A stretch of DNA of 63,929 nucleotides, filler included, from Aduncisulcus paluster (GCA_024181965.1; 9 parts of 9 records of this genome joined end to end with filler, not necessarily neighbours in it); one strand, 5' to 3'. Counted from the first letter of the whole stretch, positions 1-12,400 are shown. Made by a program: numbers and translations. The notes: generated from the letters alone by a model not told the origin.

Positions 1-23
1 ACAGGGACAATCCATGGCTTTTA

Positions 24-61
24 AGCAGTAGCAGTAGCAGTAGCAGTAGCAGTAGCAGTAG
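24..61. repeat. (GCAGTA)n hexanucleotide microsatellite
   Basis: About six tandem GCAGTA units, read directly. Confidence 0.9.
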
Positions 62-1946
62 CCGTGTGAAATAAGGAGTTGATAAAGATGTGCTCTAGTT
101 GGTGAAGTGTGTAATCTCCCAGCTCTCACAAAAAAATCTCACACTTTCACTGTTCTATTCTATTTTCTGTTGATCTCGTTAACGGGATTCTCGTTAGACT
201 CCAATCAGTTCCAATATACTTCTTCCTTCACAAATGACTCGTACATTCCTCTAAAATGTGCTTTATTCCCTTCTTTTTTTTTCTTTGTAGTCTTATAATT
301 ATATTCTAACTCAGTAAAACATGAACAACAATTATAACTACACAAACACAAACTGTTGCTATAATTAGATCATTTCTTTCTCACTCTCATTCTCACTCTC
401 ACTCCCTATCTCTTTTGAGAAGAATGGTGGTATTCTAGAGGAGATGATATTAATGTGGAATGTGATATACAACTTGTATACAAGTATTGTGGGGTGGGTA
501 TTATGTATAGTGCTTGTGAATATCCTTCTCTCTGAATATCCTTCTCTCTGAATGACATGCCAATCTGTAGGCATATCCCTACAAATCATTGGATATCTGC
601 TGAATGTAGTGTAGAGTGGGTGAGCAATGTATGGACATAGGTACAGCACTGAGGTAGTCATTTCTAATATCAAACAGTATTATATTGTTATAGATGATGA
701 TGTTATAGGTGAGTAACCGGCAAATACCGACTACCAATCCTCGGAAGATTTCAATCTTATTGATAGATTATCTATCAATTAATTTGCTAGTCATCCTTTA
801 TAGGATAATATATATCTAGATCCATTTCGCTACAACCACATTGAATAGAAGTTTTAATAGGAATAGAAACAGATCGTGACGGGCTTCATGGGCAGACTTC
901 CACAAACTTCTTCGTCCAGTCCAGGAACTCCCCTCTTGGCATGGACGAGGGAACGCTGACCCTCAAGGAGTTTATCAACCAGGGGGACGGGGTCAAGATA
1001 TTTCCATTTGGGCTTCCAGGCACAAATCTCAGTATCAAATGTATCAGATGATCAGGATCTGGTATTAGAGTTGGAGATTTGTGTCTGGTAATGGTTTCTA
1101 AGGCAGGGATCCTAATAGAATCACTTCTTACTTGTTGACTGTTTCAAGTTCATAGATGACTCTTTACCTCCATCAAGAGACATATGTATTGGATCACAGG
1201 AAAAAGAAGAATAGGAATAGAAACAGATCTAAAGAAGGAAATACTTATCTATCCTGCAATAAACTCAATGTTTGATTTTAAGTCAGGGAGACAGTCAATA
1301 GTGCAGCATTACAGTTGAAATGAGATGATAGAACCATGCAATGAGAGGGTTGAATTCCAATATGATGTTCTCCTTCCAGAGTGTAGTATAGTAAAGTATA
1401 GTATAGTATAGAAACATTAGTTCATGTTGTTATACAGAATAGACCGTGTTGTGTGAGACAATAGAATCGATTCGTGGATCTCTAATTATTGACAGTTTAA
1501 ACACAAACAAAAAGTTGAGAAATATAAATAGAAATTAGAAATTATCACATTTTTATATGGATATACTTTGATAATTGTCTGTTAAACATCAATATTAATT
1601 CCAAACAGAAAAATAAATAAATAAAATATAATTAAAAAAATCCAACATTATTCATTATATATTTTAATACCATTATTATTATTTTAATACCATTGTATAT
1701 TAATAAATAAATTTAAGGGTAGATAATTTAGATAAATACTACATCTGAAACATATAATAGCTTATCGTAGACATAAAAGAAGATAATAGTAGAAACAACC
1801 AACCAGAAAAATATTATTATTATATAAATCCAAAATTTACGGTGAAAACAACATAAAAAAAGTAGAGAAAAATCATTAAAATTCATAATATAATGGCTAA
1901 CATATGAGAAAAATATATATATCATAAAAAAAAAATAAAAAAAACA

Positions 1947-3019
1947 TTATCGTGTTCCAAATTTGGCTCGTCCTTTATCAATTTGAGAAACAATATCGAC
2001 ACTGTCTTCACTACTATCCTCACTCACACTGCTATCATCAGTGTAATAATCTCTATCTCTAATTTTAGAAACAGAATCTCTAATTTTAGAAACAGAATGA
2101 GATTCCACAAATGGAGATCCTTCTCCCTTAACGGGGGATTTCTTTCTTTTCTCTTTTCCTCGCTCCTTTTTCTTCTTCTCCCCTTTCTTCTCCCCTTTCT
2201 TCTCCCCTTTCTTCTTTTCTTTCTTCTTTTCTTTCTTCTTTTCTTTCTTCTTTTCTTTCTTAATAACCTTGGACTGGATAATGTCAGACTTCATTGATAA
2301 TGAAGTTAAGGAAGGAAGGCCTACTGAACAAGAAGATGTTGGACACAAACCTAATGAGGGAAGAAGAAGAGGAAGAAGCAGAGGAAGAAGAAGTTGAGGA
2401 AGTGGAAGAAGCTGAGGAAGAAAGGGGAGAAATACAATACATTTTAGACACCCTTTCTCCAGCCTCAGTAGAAGTAGTAGTAATAGTAGTAGATATAGTA
2501 GTAATAGCCAAAGTAGCTTCTTTTCCCTTCCCTTCCTTGCTCTCTCCTTTCTTTCCACCAACAACAGCTCTACTATGACCCATGTGACCTTCATAACCCT
2601 TGGGAATGATCACACACACATGAGAACATGGAGAGAAGAAAGAGGAGTACATAGGTCTCAAACGCAGCGGATACGGATAGCCAGTGTCTCTATCTTCATC
2701 TATCGGAGGAACAAATGGGAATGAGGAATAAGATGATCTAAAAATAGAACATAAATCATCGGTTGTGGGACCCTTTGATCTTGATGTTCTTGATGTTGTT
2801 CCAGATATTATTCCAGTGTCACCGTGACAGTACTGACTACTCAATGTAGGTGACATTAGGGGTGTTGATAAGAGTGTAGGTGATATAAGTGTAGGTGAGC
2901 CTGGAATTTCCCTTGGAGAGCCAAGCATTGAGGAAGAGGAGGAAGAAGAAGAGGAAGAGGAAGAAGAAGAGGAAGAGGAGGAAGAAGAAGAGGAAGAGGA
3001 GGAAGAAGAAGAGGAAGAG

Positions 3020-3051
<32 letters not shown>

Positions 3052-4624
3052 GGCAAAAGGATCTAAATGAGATGGTTTGAGTGGTCGTGGATAGTCATGT
3101 TGCTGTTGAGATCCATTCATTCGAACAAAATGCATGGTTATGGAATATCCTGGTGGGAAATATTTATCCTTCTTATCTTTATGANNNNNNNNNNNNNNNN
3201 NNNNACCGTGACAGTACTGACTACTCAATGTAGGTGACATTAGGGGTGTTGATAAGAGTGTAGGTGATATAAGTGTAGGTGAGCCTGGAATTTCCCTTGG
3301 AGAGCCAAGCATTGAGGAAGAGGAGGAAGAAGAAGAGGAAGAGGAAGAAGAAGAAGAGGAAGAGGAGGAAGAAGAAGAGGAAGAGGAGGAAGAAGAAGAG
3401 GAAGAGGAGGAAGAAGAAGAGGAGAAGAAGAAGAAGAGGCAAAAGGATCTAAATGAGATGGTTTGAGTGGTCGTGGATAGTCATGTTGCTGTTGAGATCC
3501 ATTCATTCGAACAAAATGCATGGTTATGGAATATCCTGGTGGGAAATATTTATCCTTCTTATCTTTATGAACGGTATCAATTTCAAACTTACCAAGAGTC
3601 ATAACATTATCTACAAAGGCCGTATGTATCCAGAAATGTCCTAATTTTTTAGGAGTTTTTTTACCTCCAAATCCAAATTTACGTTTATGGACACTGATCT
3701 TAAAATAAACATCACCGCAAAGCATGGCTGCAATTCCCTTGGGGTAGAATTCTACATACTTATCTGGACAAATGGGAAGGACAAACGATCTTTCTGACCC
3801 TTTGCCATAATAATGAACCGGTTCAAGTTGAAAAGTACAATAGTTCACGATTAATAAACTCACACTCTTGACATCTTTCGAAAAGGGACCAATACGAAGC
3901 ATGTTAAGCTTTACAGCAGAATTATCGAGCTCCATTGATTTAAACTTTTGAGAATCACGAAGAAATTTCTCATAGTAATGAATATAACGTTGCTGACTGG
4001 GGATTGTAACTCCTTTGCCGTTGAAGGTACGAGCAGAACCGTAATACTTGAGACAGGGGACTGAATCGGTTATAAATCGAGAGTGCATGAGAAAAGCACA
4101 TATCATGGTTCCTGTTCTACCTTTTCCGGCTTTACAGTGAATAGCAGCAATATTACGGGAATCAGAACTTAAAAATCTTTCTAAATCCTCACAAAATGAG
4201 CGAATCATAGCAAAGGGGGGAGCATTATGATCTGGAAATGGGTAAGATACGAATTTCCCATCAAAACACCATTCTGGGTATTGTCGATCTTCTTCGATAC
4301 ATAAATTATATACTTTATAGAATCCTCTATGTTTCTTATCCAGAAAAGCTTTTGTATCTTTGTAAGAATTACGATATAGGGACTCGGCCCCCATAGATGG
4401 GAATCCCATTGCAATAATACGGGTAGTAATGTCTAAAATGAGGAAATTAGAAAGTAAAAATCATAATAATTAAATAAATAACGATATTATTAATCTGGAA
4501 AGGGTGTGGAAATGGGAATTGATGACGTATGGAAATTAAGGAACATACATGAAAGATCTAGGTCAAATTCTTCATCGGAATATCTTTTCTTTTTCTTAGA
4601 TACTACCCTCTTTAAAGAAAACAT
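1947..4624 (-). CDS. PTEN: PTEN-like phosphoinositide phosphatase (PTP + C2 domains) with a long Ser-rich and Lys-rich C-terminal tail
   Basis: Exon 1 starts at ATG 4624 (MFSLKRVVSKKKKRYSDEEFDLDLS). Intron 4548-4433 (GTATGT...TTTTAG), then YITTRIIAMGFPS, PFPDHNAP, HCKAGKGRTG and GVTIPSQQRY. The tail crosses a duplicated 20-N gap. It ends at 2284, or at 1947 if there is an indel near 2358. Confidence 0.93.
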
Positions 4625-5395
4625 TCTATATCCAACGAAAATGATGTCTAAAAAAGAAATTTTGAATGAATCATATATCCAACATTTCCTTTCATAAAAT
4701 ACATTAAAAGGTATAATATCCGTGATATTTTTAAATATTTTAAAATAATTATCAAGCCATCAAGAATACTCGAGACATTTCAAAAAAAAATGCGTCCTTA
4801 TGTTCGAAATACAATAAATTTACTATTAGTGTCGAGAAAATAACAACCCCATTTACATGTTAACAGAGAAAATACAACTAGATTTTTAAAAAATTAATGA
4901 ATTCCATCAAGAAAGAAAAAACGGCTAAAAATCAAGGTAATATAATAATTATTATTGATCTTGTCAAAAAATCATAACCTTTTTACAGTAATAATATAGA
5001 ACTGTTATTTATAACAGCATAAATGTTCATATATAAAGACAAAATAATATATGGTTGTTATGTTAAGTTAGCCTTTCAGAGGTTAGGGCAAACAAGCCTA
5101 GAACTTACTACTGAAATACTTGGAATAATTCGATACTTTTTACCTCGATATTGGCATAGAATAAGAATACAATAAGAAAGAGTTGAATAACTTACTATAA
5201 AACAGTTACAAGTACCTACAAAGCATCCCAAACAAGCAGACTGAGAAATATAAAGAGATTGAGGCAGATAGAACATATACAAAAGTTTCTCATTGTTCTA
5301 AATTTGGATAGAAGATCCATATGATTGGTGCTAAGATGAACATATGTTATAATATACCAAGATAACCAGAATACCCAGTCACTATAACATGAATC

Positions 5396-5457
5396 CATAC
5401 TATACTATACTATACTGTACTATACTATACTGTACTATACTATACTGTACTATACTG
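5396..5457. repeat. (TATAC/TGTAC)n pentanucleotide tract
   Basis: Tandem ctata/ctgta units. Similar short tracts occur near 1385-1411, 50640-50680 and 56860-56890. Confidence 0.8.
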
Positions 5458-5798
5458 GTCACAATGACATAATAATATACTATAGTATACTGTTGGCAAA
5501 CAAATGAATAAAAATCATTATCAATCTATCAATATACAGTTCTCCTCTCTTCCTCTCTTCTCGATTTGTTCATAAATCTAACTACAACATATATAGTTAT
5601 TGTAATACAATATGGTAACAATATTACGTAAACCATTCTTTCTTAGCACTCTTACTCTTATACAATTACTCTATTACTGTACTATTACAAGTGATACAGA
5701 ATATAGATATACAACTATTATATTATTCATTCTCTTGATCTATTTGTAATATTTAATATGCCATGATGATCAGATATCTATATCAGTATATCTCTTTT

Positions 5799-5834
<36 letters not shown>

Positions 5835-5891
5835 ATTGCAAACCATACCTTTTCTTTCTTTCTCATTATTATTATTATTATTATTCTATTT

Positions 5892-7787
5892 TTAGCACAC
5901 GAATACTCCATCATTCCCTCCAACTCTGAAACTCTTCGAGCCACTCTCTACTCCAACTCTTCCATATTTAGCTGGACCTGGTGTAATAGTCTTTGCACCG
6001 AGAGGTTTTGAAGGGCGGGCAGGAGTTAAAAAGGAAGAAGTGGAGACTGGTAAAGGCATTGGATGGGGTTTATCAAGGTTAAAATCACCTGGTCCAGCAG
6101 TAACAGCCTTCTTACGCTTCATTTGAACAGCTTTAACACCAATGGGGAGATGGTTAGCATATGCCGACTGTAGTTTAACCATCTTGGAACGATCATCCGC
6201 TTGTTTCTGCCTTGCAAACTCTACAGATCTGGAGGGTGCTGCAGCCATGTGAAGATGATATGATGATGATGATGATGTTGTCGTTGATGATGTTCTATAT
6301 ATAGAATCTTGAGAATATGGGGCAGCGGTGGCTGAAGAAGAAGAAGAAGAGGATTGGGATGAAGCGAATGGTACAGTAGTGGGTTTTTTCTGTTGTACAA
6401 ACCGTTTCGAACGAGAACCAAACCCAAAACTTTCCTGAGTTCCTTCCATCGAGTCTTTCATTTGCTTCAATTGTCTATGAACATCTGCAACCACATCACA
6501 TTGTAACGTTGCCTTTTCTTTCTTTTCCATGGCTCTCCTACGAGATAACTTCATTTTACGTGCAATTTCATCTATACCTGATCCAATTTCATGAACTTCA
6601 AACTTATTATTACAGCTATCCTCCACATCATAAAATCCTCGCCTTGATCTAATAATAGAAGCTGAGAAAGAGGAAGAGGAAGAGGAAGAGGAGGAAGAAG
6701 GACCTCCTGATGTTCTGCTGCCTCCTCTTCGATATACACCAGATGAACGAGAACGTTGGGATCGTTGTGCTCGTTGTGATCTTCGTGTGCTTCTTGTACA
6801 TGGTTTTCCACCAAGAAGTTCTTTGTGAACATCGCTATAGGGCATTATTCGACGGCCAAACTCATCAAATACTTCACCAGTCCCGATGGCACCACTAGCA
6901 CTGATGGCACCACCAGCACTGATGGCGGCACTTCTCCTACCGGCAATTTTACCGGGACTTCTACCGGAATCAATCAAATCGGTATCGGTATGATGTCTAT
7001 CGGTGAATAAGGTTTGACGATCGTGTTCATCATGCATGCGTTTCAAAAATGCTTCTTTGGAGTACTGTGCTTGTAGAGTGGCTTTAATAGTGCGATCTGG
7101 AGCATTTGACTGAGATAAAGTCAGATCAAGATGACCCATACCTTTTAAATCGTCATAATGCACTTCGGGATCCTTATCTCTTCTCAATCCAAGACGACTT
7201 CCACCACTCCCGCGTGAAAATGACCCCGATTTAGCACGGATATCGGCACCAAAACTGGTTGAACTAGTATGGTTGAATGGAACTGGACGACGAGAGACTT
7301 CTTTTACAGAACGGACTATAATGTCACCTGTATATGCACCAGGGCCAAGATGGGACGTGGATATGGCTGATTTTCTCGACTTTGATGTTGGCAAACTGAA
7401 ACATTGCGATTGAACAGGATCTTGGACTCGTTTCATTGTTCGTGGTACAATATCGTGACTAGATGAATCGTACGCACCTACAGCAGGCATTGAAGTGTAT
7501 TTATAATCAAATCTAGGTTTTGTTGACGCTCCTAAACTAGAAGAACCATAAGGTGAGAATGATCCATAATTTCTTTTTGGCCGTGGATTATATGTTCCCG
7601 GTCCTGGTGTTGTATTTGCTCTTATCGGTACTGAGGGAGAAGGACTATAATTAAAGGCACGAGATGGAGTTTTACGACGAGAAGGTTTTACCAAGTGGAC
7701 ACGGCCAGACATTGGTTTAGAATTTAAAAATATTGTTTGTTTTGACCTTGGAAGATATCCTTCAATGATACCATCATCTAAATCCAT
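5892..7787 (-). CDS. STPG/SHIPPO (PGP-Y) repeat axonemal protein, ODF3/STPG-like
   Basis: Repeats TPGPGTYNP, PAVGAYD, LGPGAY, AGPGDFN and TPGPAKY in a basic S/R-rich protein. First ATG is 7787 (MDLDDG). Confidence 0.7.
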   Translation of the reverse strand: MDLDDGIIEGYLPRSKQTIFLNSKPMSGRVHLVKPSRRKTPSRAFNYSPSPSVPIRANTTPGPGTYNPRPKRNYGSFSPYGSSSLGASTKPRFDYKYTSMPAVGAYDSSSHDIVPRTMKRVQDPVQSQCFSLPTSKSRKSAISTSHLGPGAYTGDIIVRSVKEVSRRPVPFNHTSSTSFGADIRAKSGSFSRGSGGSRLGLRRDKDPEVHYDDLKGMGHLDLTLSQSNAPDRTIKATLQAQYSKEAFLKRMHDEHDRQTLFTDRHHTDTDLIDSGRSPGKIAGRRSAAISAGGAISASGAIGTGEVFDEFGRRIMPYSDVHKELLGGKPCTRSTRRSQRAQRSQRSRSSGVYRRGGSRTSGGPSSSSSSSSSSFSASIIRSRRGFYDVEDSCNNKFEVHEIGSGIDEIARKMKLSRRRAMEKKEKATLQCDVVADVHRQLKQMKDSMEGTQESFGFGSRSKRFVQQKKPTTVPFASSQSSSSSSSATAAPYSQDSIYRTSSTTTSSSSSYHLHMAAAPSRSVEFARQKQADDRSKMVKLQSAYANHLPIGVKAVQMKRKKAVTAGPGDFNLDKPHPMPLPVSTSSFLTPARPSKPLGAKTITPGPAKYGRVGVESGSKSFRVGGNDGVFVC

Positions 7788-7984
7788 TTTATGTGACGAA
7801 AAATGAAAAATCGGGGAAATAGTTTGCAAAACATAATATGATGGCTAATATTTATTAAGATTTTATGACAATATAAATTTTTTAAATAGAAATCTTTGTA
7901 ATAAGGGTAGAAAGAGCGACAATGAGAATAAACCTTGTAATTATGGCTATATTTGAAAAAAAATCATTGAAATGTGAGAATATA

Positions 7985-8255
7985 TTATTTCACTTTCCTT
8001 GTTTTTTGTTTTCTTGTTATCATTTGAGTCACTATACTTTGAATCTCTTCGTAACACTCTGGTTTAATCATGATATGGGAATCATCTAATTCTTTAATTA
8101 TGGCATCAGGATTATGTTTTTTAATATAACACACAATAGAAGGATCTCTAAAATCAATAAATATTAGAAAGAGAACGAGTAATGTAAATTGATATTTAAC
8201 TCCAAAAATAAACATACGACTCAATATATGACCCACGAATAATCGGATAATCCAT
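7985..8255 (-). CDS. GTF2H5: TFIIH subunit Tfb5/p8 (two exons)
   Basis: Exon 1 8255-8218, intron 8217-8148 (GTATGT...CTAAT...TTTTAG). Spliced product MDYPIIRGSYIESDPSIVCYIKKHNPDAIIKELDDSHIMIKPE... matches the Tfb5 pattern G-x-L-I-E-C-DPS...I-x-E-LDD-T-H. Confidence 0.75.
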
Positions 8256-8782
8256 AAATTACACAAAAAGATTAAACTCAAAGTGTTAAATAGTAAGCAA
8301 GATTCCGATAAATACGGAATTGAGGTTCCTCATTGAATGTAGAAATTAATGAGGCAATTTTTTTTTTCATTTTGGTCATATTATTCAAAATAAATGCATT
8401 ATCATTGGAACTATTTTCCAGAATGCAATATTGCAGAATCTAGAAACAATAGTCCATTTTGATACGAAACTAATATGACAGAGAAAACTTCATCAATTGA
8501 AATGANNNNNNNNNNNNNNNNNNNNCGACTCAATATATGACCCACGAATAATCGGATAATCCATAAATTACACAAAAAGATTAAACTCAAAGTGTTAAAT
8601 AGTAAGCAAGATTCCGATAAATACGGAATTGAGGTTCCTCATTGAATGTAGAAATTAATGAGGCAATTTTTTTTTCATTTTGGTCATATTATTCAAAATA
8701 AATGCATTATCATTGGAACTATTTTCCAGAATGCAATATTGCAGAATCTAGAAACAATAGTCCATTTTGATACGAAACTAAT

Positions 8783-9237
8783 ATGACAGAGAAAACTTCA
8801 TCAATTGAAATGATTTTGGATAACCTTGAAAAATCCTCGGCGTCCATTTATAAAGAATATGAAAAACTTTGTTCCAACTTAAAATCATTTTTATCAACTG
8901 TACGTATTCTTTGTGATTATGAATGTCTTATTTTATAAATTTTGGCACTTATTATTTTTTATTTTCCCTTATTTCCCTTTTTTGGTAATCCAATTAGTCT
9001 ATTGAACGTTCTGGGAAAATTCAAGATGTAGAGGTAAAAGCTGCGGAAGAACTAAAAACAGCCGTTGAAACATGTTTAACTGAAACAAAAGAATTGAAAG
9101 AAACAGCATATACCTTATTTGGAACTCTTCAAAAGAAAGTATCACCCCTCTTGAAACAGAGTGATAAGCTTCATGAACTTCTTGGAATCCTTTCAGATGA
9201 AGTGACAAGAACGTTAGAAGCTTCGTTTGCGAAATAA
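8783..9237 (+). CDS. Small coiled-coil protein (118 aa, two exons), possibly BORCS6-like; absent from the ORF track
   Basis: ATG 8783, phase-0 intron 8900-8997 (GTACGT...TTAG), TAA 9235-9237. Product MTEKTSSIEMILDNLEKSS...LEASFAK is all-helical heptad sequence. Confidence 0.6.
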
Positions 9238-9377
9238 TGATAATAAACGAAAGCGGGAATGGGTTTACTCAATAAATTACCTCCATTTTCCAAGTCCAAT
9301 TGGAATTCCACTGACGGTGGCACCATGAGAGCTGGGAGATTACACTTCACCAACTAGAGCACATCTTTATCAACTCC

Positions 9378-10499
9378 TTATTTCACACGGCTACTGCTAC
9401 TGCTACTGATACTGCTATGGATTGTCCCTGTACACCCATCATACTCTTCAAGCTGACGGGCAATGTACTCCTCAATGGATGGACATTCCCACCCTTCTCC
9501 AAGACGCGGCAGTAAATATTTGATATCATTCGTCAGAGAGCGGGCTTGGTGGATCGTCATTCGTTTCAGACGGTCAGGGTTCAACAGACCATCGAACACG
9601 GCAAGAAACACTTGATACACGGCATTGTATTTCCCACCTTCAATCGTCTCAAGGGAACAGAAGATCTCACTGTCTGTCAGCTGTGGGAGGCTGACTTTAT
9701 CATGGGTTAATTCTCGAAGTGCTGACAGTAAATTTACATTATAATCTTTGGACTGCTCCAGGATTGTCACTCTAGGATGAGTCATGAAAGGCTGCTTCAT
9801 ATCATTGAAGAGAGACCATATTGTCAGCACAACTCCCCATGCATCACTACGTTGGCAGTAAAACCCACTGGCAAGACTCTCGGGTGCATTGTAACACAGA
9901 GTGCCCACGATCGATGTCTTGAATACAAACGGACGATCTTCGGAGGAGGATGAAGAAGAACTTGAAGATCTTGAAGAAGTTGAAGAAGTTGAAGAAGAAG
10001 AGGAATCTGTGGTAATGAAAGAACTGCGAGACATAGAGTCACGGATCTCAACAAAACCCAAATCTCCAAGAAGAACATGACACTGTTTCTTCAAAGCATC
10101 ATACCGAACAAGGAAGTTATCGGGTTTAATGTCGCGATGAACAAGCTTCTTCTTCGCAACACACAAGGTAGCAACACACTCGATGATAGCCACACACAGA
10201 GCAGCGATCTTCACAGGATCATACACAAGGTCCTCTTCATCATCTTCACAAGGATCACATTCGTCGAGATCAACAGCCCAGCTCTTGGCAAACTCAATCA
10301 CATTCCCACCTTGACAGAACTCCATCGCCATCCCGAACGTTCCTTTCAGATCACCATCGAGAAGATCAAGCATATGCAGAGGACGAGGGATACAGCTTTG
10401 TAACGACGCCTTGGAATACAACTTACATTGACGAGAGAATTCTTTCTTCATTCGCTCCACACAACGCACATTCTCTTCATGCGTGCACGCGTTCTTCAT
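9378..10499 (-). CDS. Ser/Thr protein kinase, 5'-truncated at the contig edge
   Basis: Motifs MEFCQGG, HRDIKPDNFL, GDLG, GTLCYNAPE and SDAWG. The Gly-rich loop is missing because the contig ends. Confidence 0.85.
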   Translation of the reverse strand: MKNACTHEENVRCVERMKKEFSRQCKLYSKASLQSCIPRPLHMLDLLDGDLKGTFGMAMEFCQGGNVIEFAKSWAVDLDECDPCEDDEEDLVYDPVKIAALCVAIIECVATLCVAKKKLVHRDIKPDNFLVRYDALKKQCHVLLGDLGFVEIRDSMSRSSFITTDSSSSSTSSTSSRSSSSSSSSSEDRPFVFKTSIVGTLCYNAPESLASGFYCQRSDAWGVVLTIWSLFNDMKQPFMTHPRVTILEQSKDYNVNLLSALRELTHDKVSLPQLTDSEIFCSLETIEGGKYNAVYQVFLAVFDGLLNPDRLKRMTIHQARSLTNDIKYLLPRLGEGWECPSIEEYIARQLEEYDGCTGTIHSSISSSSSSRVK

Positions 10500-10500
10500 G

Positions 10501-10600
10501 NNNNNNNNNNNNNNNNNNNNNNNNNNNNNNNNNNNNNNNNNNNNTTAATTAATTAANNNNNNNNNNNNNNNNNNNNNNNNNNNNNNNNNNNNNNNNNNNN
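10501..10600. other. Artificial contig linker (N44-TTAATTAATTAA-N44); also at 20425, 26083, 33845, 41634, 48497, 57789 and 62583
   Basis: Identical 100-nt spacer with stop codons in all six frames. Genes are truncated at its edges. Confidence 0.97.
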
Positions 10601-10614
10601 GAGATCTTGGTACT

Positions 10615-11246
10615 ATGTTTAAAAAGTATGTATATTTGACCCTCATTTTCCCATTTTAATTTCAATATTCCTTTTCTGACCGTTTTCTCTCTTTATTCAT
10701 AGATTTACCCGTGATGATTTGGGCATGAGAACTCAAATCAAAAAAAAGCAAATTAAGGAATTAAGAACATTTCTTCTTGATAAATATCCAAAAATAGAAG
10801 AACATCTTGATGAAGTTGTCCCGTTAAAGAAGGGTTCTATTATATGTACTGTCAAATGTTCCAATCGTGTTGGCTTATTAACCGTAAACGATTCAATATT
10901 ATTTTTTTCGTTGATGGGAAGTGAAAAGAAAGCATATTGGTATCCAACTCTCCGCCTAATTCACAAATACCCCGATATCCTTCCAAAAGTTTACGTTCAT
11001 GAAGGTGCATTAAAGCGGGTTTTGAGGGGCTCAAATGTTTTTTCTCCCGGAATTGAACATACAGAAACTTTATCCAAAATATCCAAAGGTGAAACTGTTG
11101 CAGTATATGGTATTGGCAAAGAACATGCAGTATTGATGGGAGTAACTGAAAAAAGTGGCAAAGATATTATTAAAGTCCCAGAAGATACTGGTGTATCATC
11201 ATTGCATCATCTTAGTGATGGATTGTGGTACGTTCCTACCTTGTAG
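10615..11246 (+). CDS. MCTS1: MCTS1/Tma20 translation reinitiation factor (pre-PUA + PUA)
   Basis: Exon 1 10615-10625, intron 10626-10702 (GTATGT...CATAG). Product MFKKFTRDD..., PTLRLIHKYP, GALKRVLRGSNVFSPG, HHLSDGLW. Confidence 0.9.
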
Positions 11247-11433
11247 GCACACCTGATTAATAATATTTATATTTGGTTATCCATCAGTAAAATATCATTA
11301 TAATTAGTTTCAAATAATATATCTGATAACGATTTTACCCATCAATTCAGCAATTGCAGAAAAAATTGTATTTTTGCTTAACTCAACTGCACAAGTTCTT
11401 TTCAATTACATAAAATAGAACCATATATATATT

Positions 11434-12327
11434 ATGCTTAAAAAACTATTCGAGAAAATTGTTAGAGGTAAGTGTCCTGAGGCATCAGAAATAATTATGC
11501 TTATGATGAAGGGTGCTGAAATAATCGCCCCCCTTGATAATGTTGTTAATATACAAGCTCCTGTTACAGTTGTTGGAGATCTTCATGGACAATTATTCGA
11601 TGTTTTAGAAATGTTTGAAATAACAGGTGAACCCCCTGCCACTAATTTTGTATTTTTGGGTGATTACGTTGATAGAGGAATGTATTCGTTAGAAACATTA
11701 TGTTTACTAATCGTATTAAAAGTATTATACCCATCTAGAATAGTCCTTATTAGAGGAAATCATGAATGTCGAAGAATTAGCAGCACATATGGTTTTCTAG
11801 AGGAAACAAAAAAGAAATTTTCTGAAATTAAAGGCGTGCAAATATATCGTGCATGTATGACCTTGTTGGATACTTTGCCTTTGGCTGCCATTATTTCTGG
11901 CACTTTTTTCTGTGTCCACGGTGGGTTATCGCCGGGATTTTCAGCTGTTGATGAGCTTGCATTAATATATAGATTTAAAGAACCCCCCTCAGATGGGATT
12001 GTGGCTGATTTGTTGTGGAGTGATCCTCGATCGGATATTGATGAAGGTTGGATGGTGAGTGAAAGAGGATCAGGACATATTTTTGGAAGGCAAGTGACAA
12101 AAAAATTCCTTCATGTCAATAATTTTGCTCATATTCTTCGAGCTCATCAAATGTGTAAAGATGGATTTGAAATTATGTTTGAAGACCGTCTCTCAACTGT
12201 GTGGAGTGCGCCAAATTACATGTACAGATCTGGCAATGTCGCTTCCGCATTAGATATTTCACAGAATCTCAGAAGAGAATTCAAAATATTTGGGCCAAGA
12301 CCAGAAGATGAGAGAATAATAATCTAA
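11434..12327 (+). CDS. PPP-family Ser/Thr phosphatase catalytic subunit (PP2A/PP4/PP6/PPG1-like)
   Basis: Motifs GDLHGQ, GDYVDRG, RGNHE, HGGLSP, DLLWSDP, RAHQ and WSAPNY. Confidence 0.95.
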   Translation: MLKKLFEKIVRGKCPEASEIIMLMMKGAEIIAPLDNVVNIQAPVTVVGDLHGQLFDVLEMFEITGEPPATNFVFLGDYVDRGMYSLETLCLLIVLKVLYPSRIVLIRGNHECRRISSTYGFLEETKKKFSEIKGVQIYRACMTLLDTLPLAAIISGTFFCVHGGLSPGFSAVDELALIYRFKEPPSDGIVADLLWSDPRSDIDEGWMVSERGSGHIFGRQVTKKFLHVNNFAHILRAHQMCKDGFEIMFEDRLSTVWSAPNYMYRSGNVASALDISQNLRREFKIFGPRPEDERIII

Positions 12328-12400
12328 TTCTATTTTTAGAAATTCTATTTTTAGAAATAAAAATTTCCAAATTAGTAAATATTTATTGAATGATCTAAAA

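Noticed and set aside
2928-3052. Long GAA/GAG purine tracts giving poly-E, poly-K/R and poly-L ORFs in alternative frames
   Set aside because: Shadow ORFs of poly-Ser (TCT/TCC) coding tracts, common throughout this genome.
2821-3570. Near-perfect 150-370 bp direct duplications flanking each 20-N gap (also around 8506, 13382, 23765, 46321, 56135 and 59577)
   Set aside because: Always centred on a fixed-length gap, and collapsing them restores single genes. They are unmerged scaffold overlaps, not tandem repeats, LTRs or CRISPR arrays.
10545-10556. Recurring TTAATTAATTAA palindrome between N runs (8 times)
   Set aside because: Artificial six-frame-stop linker joining contigs. Neighbourhood across these linkers carries no biological meaning.
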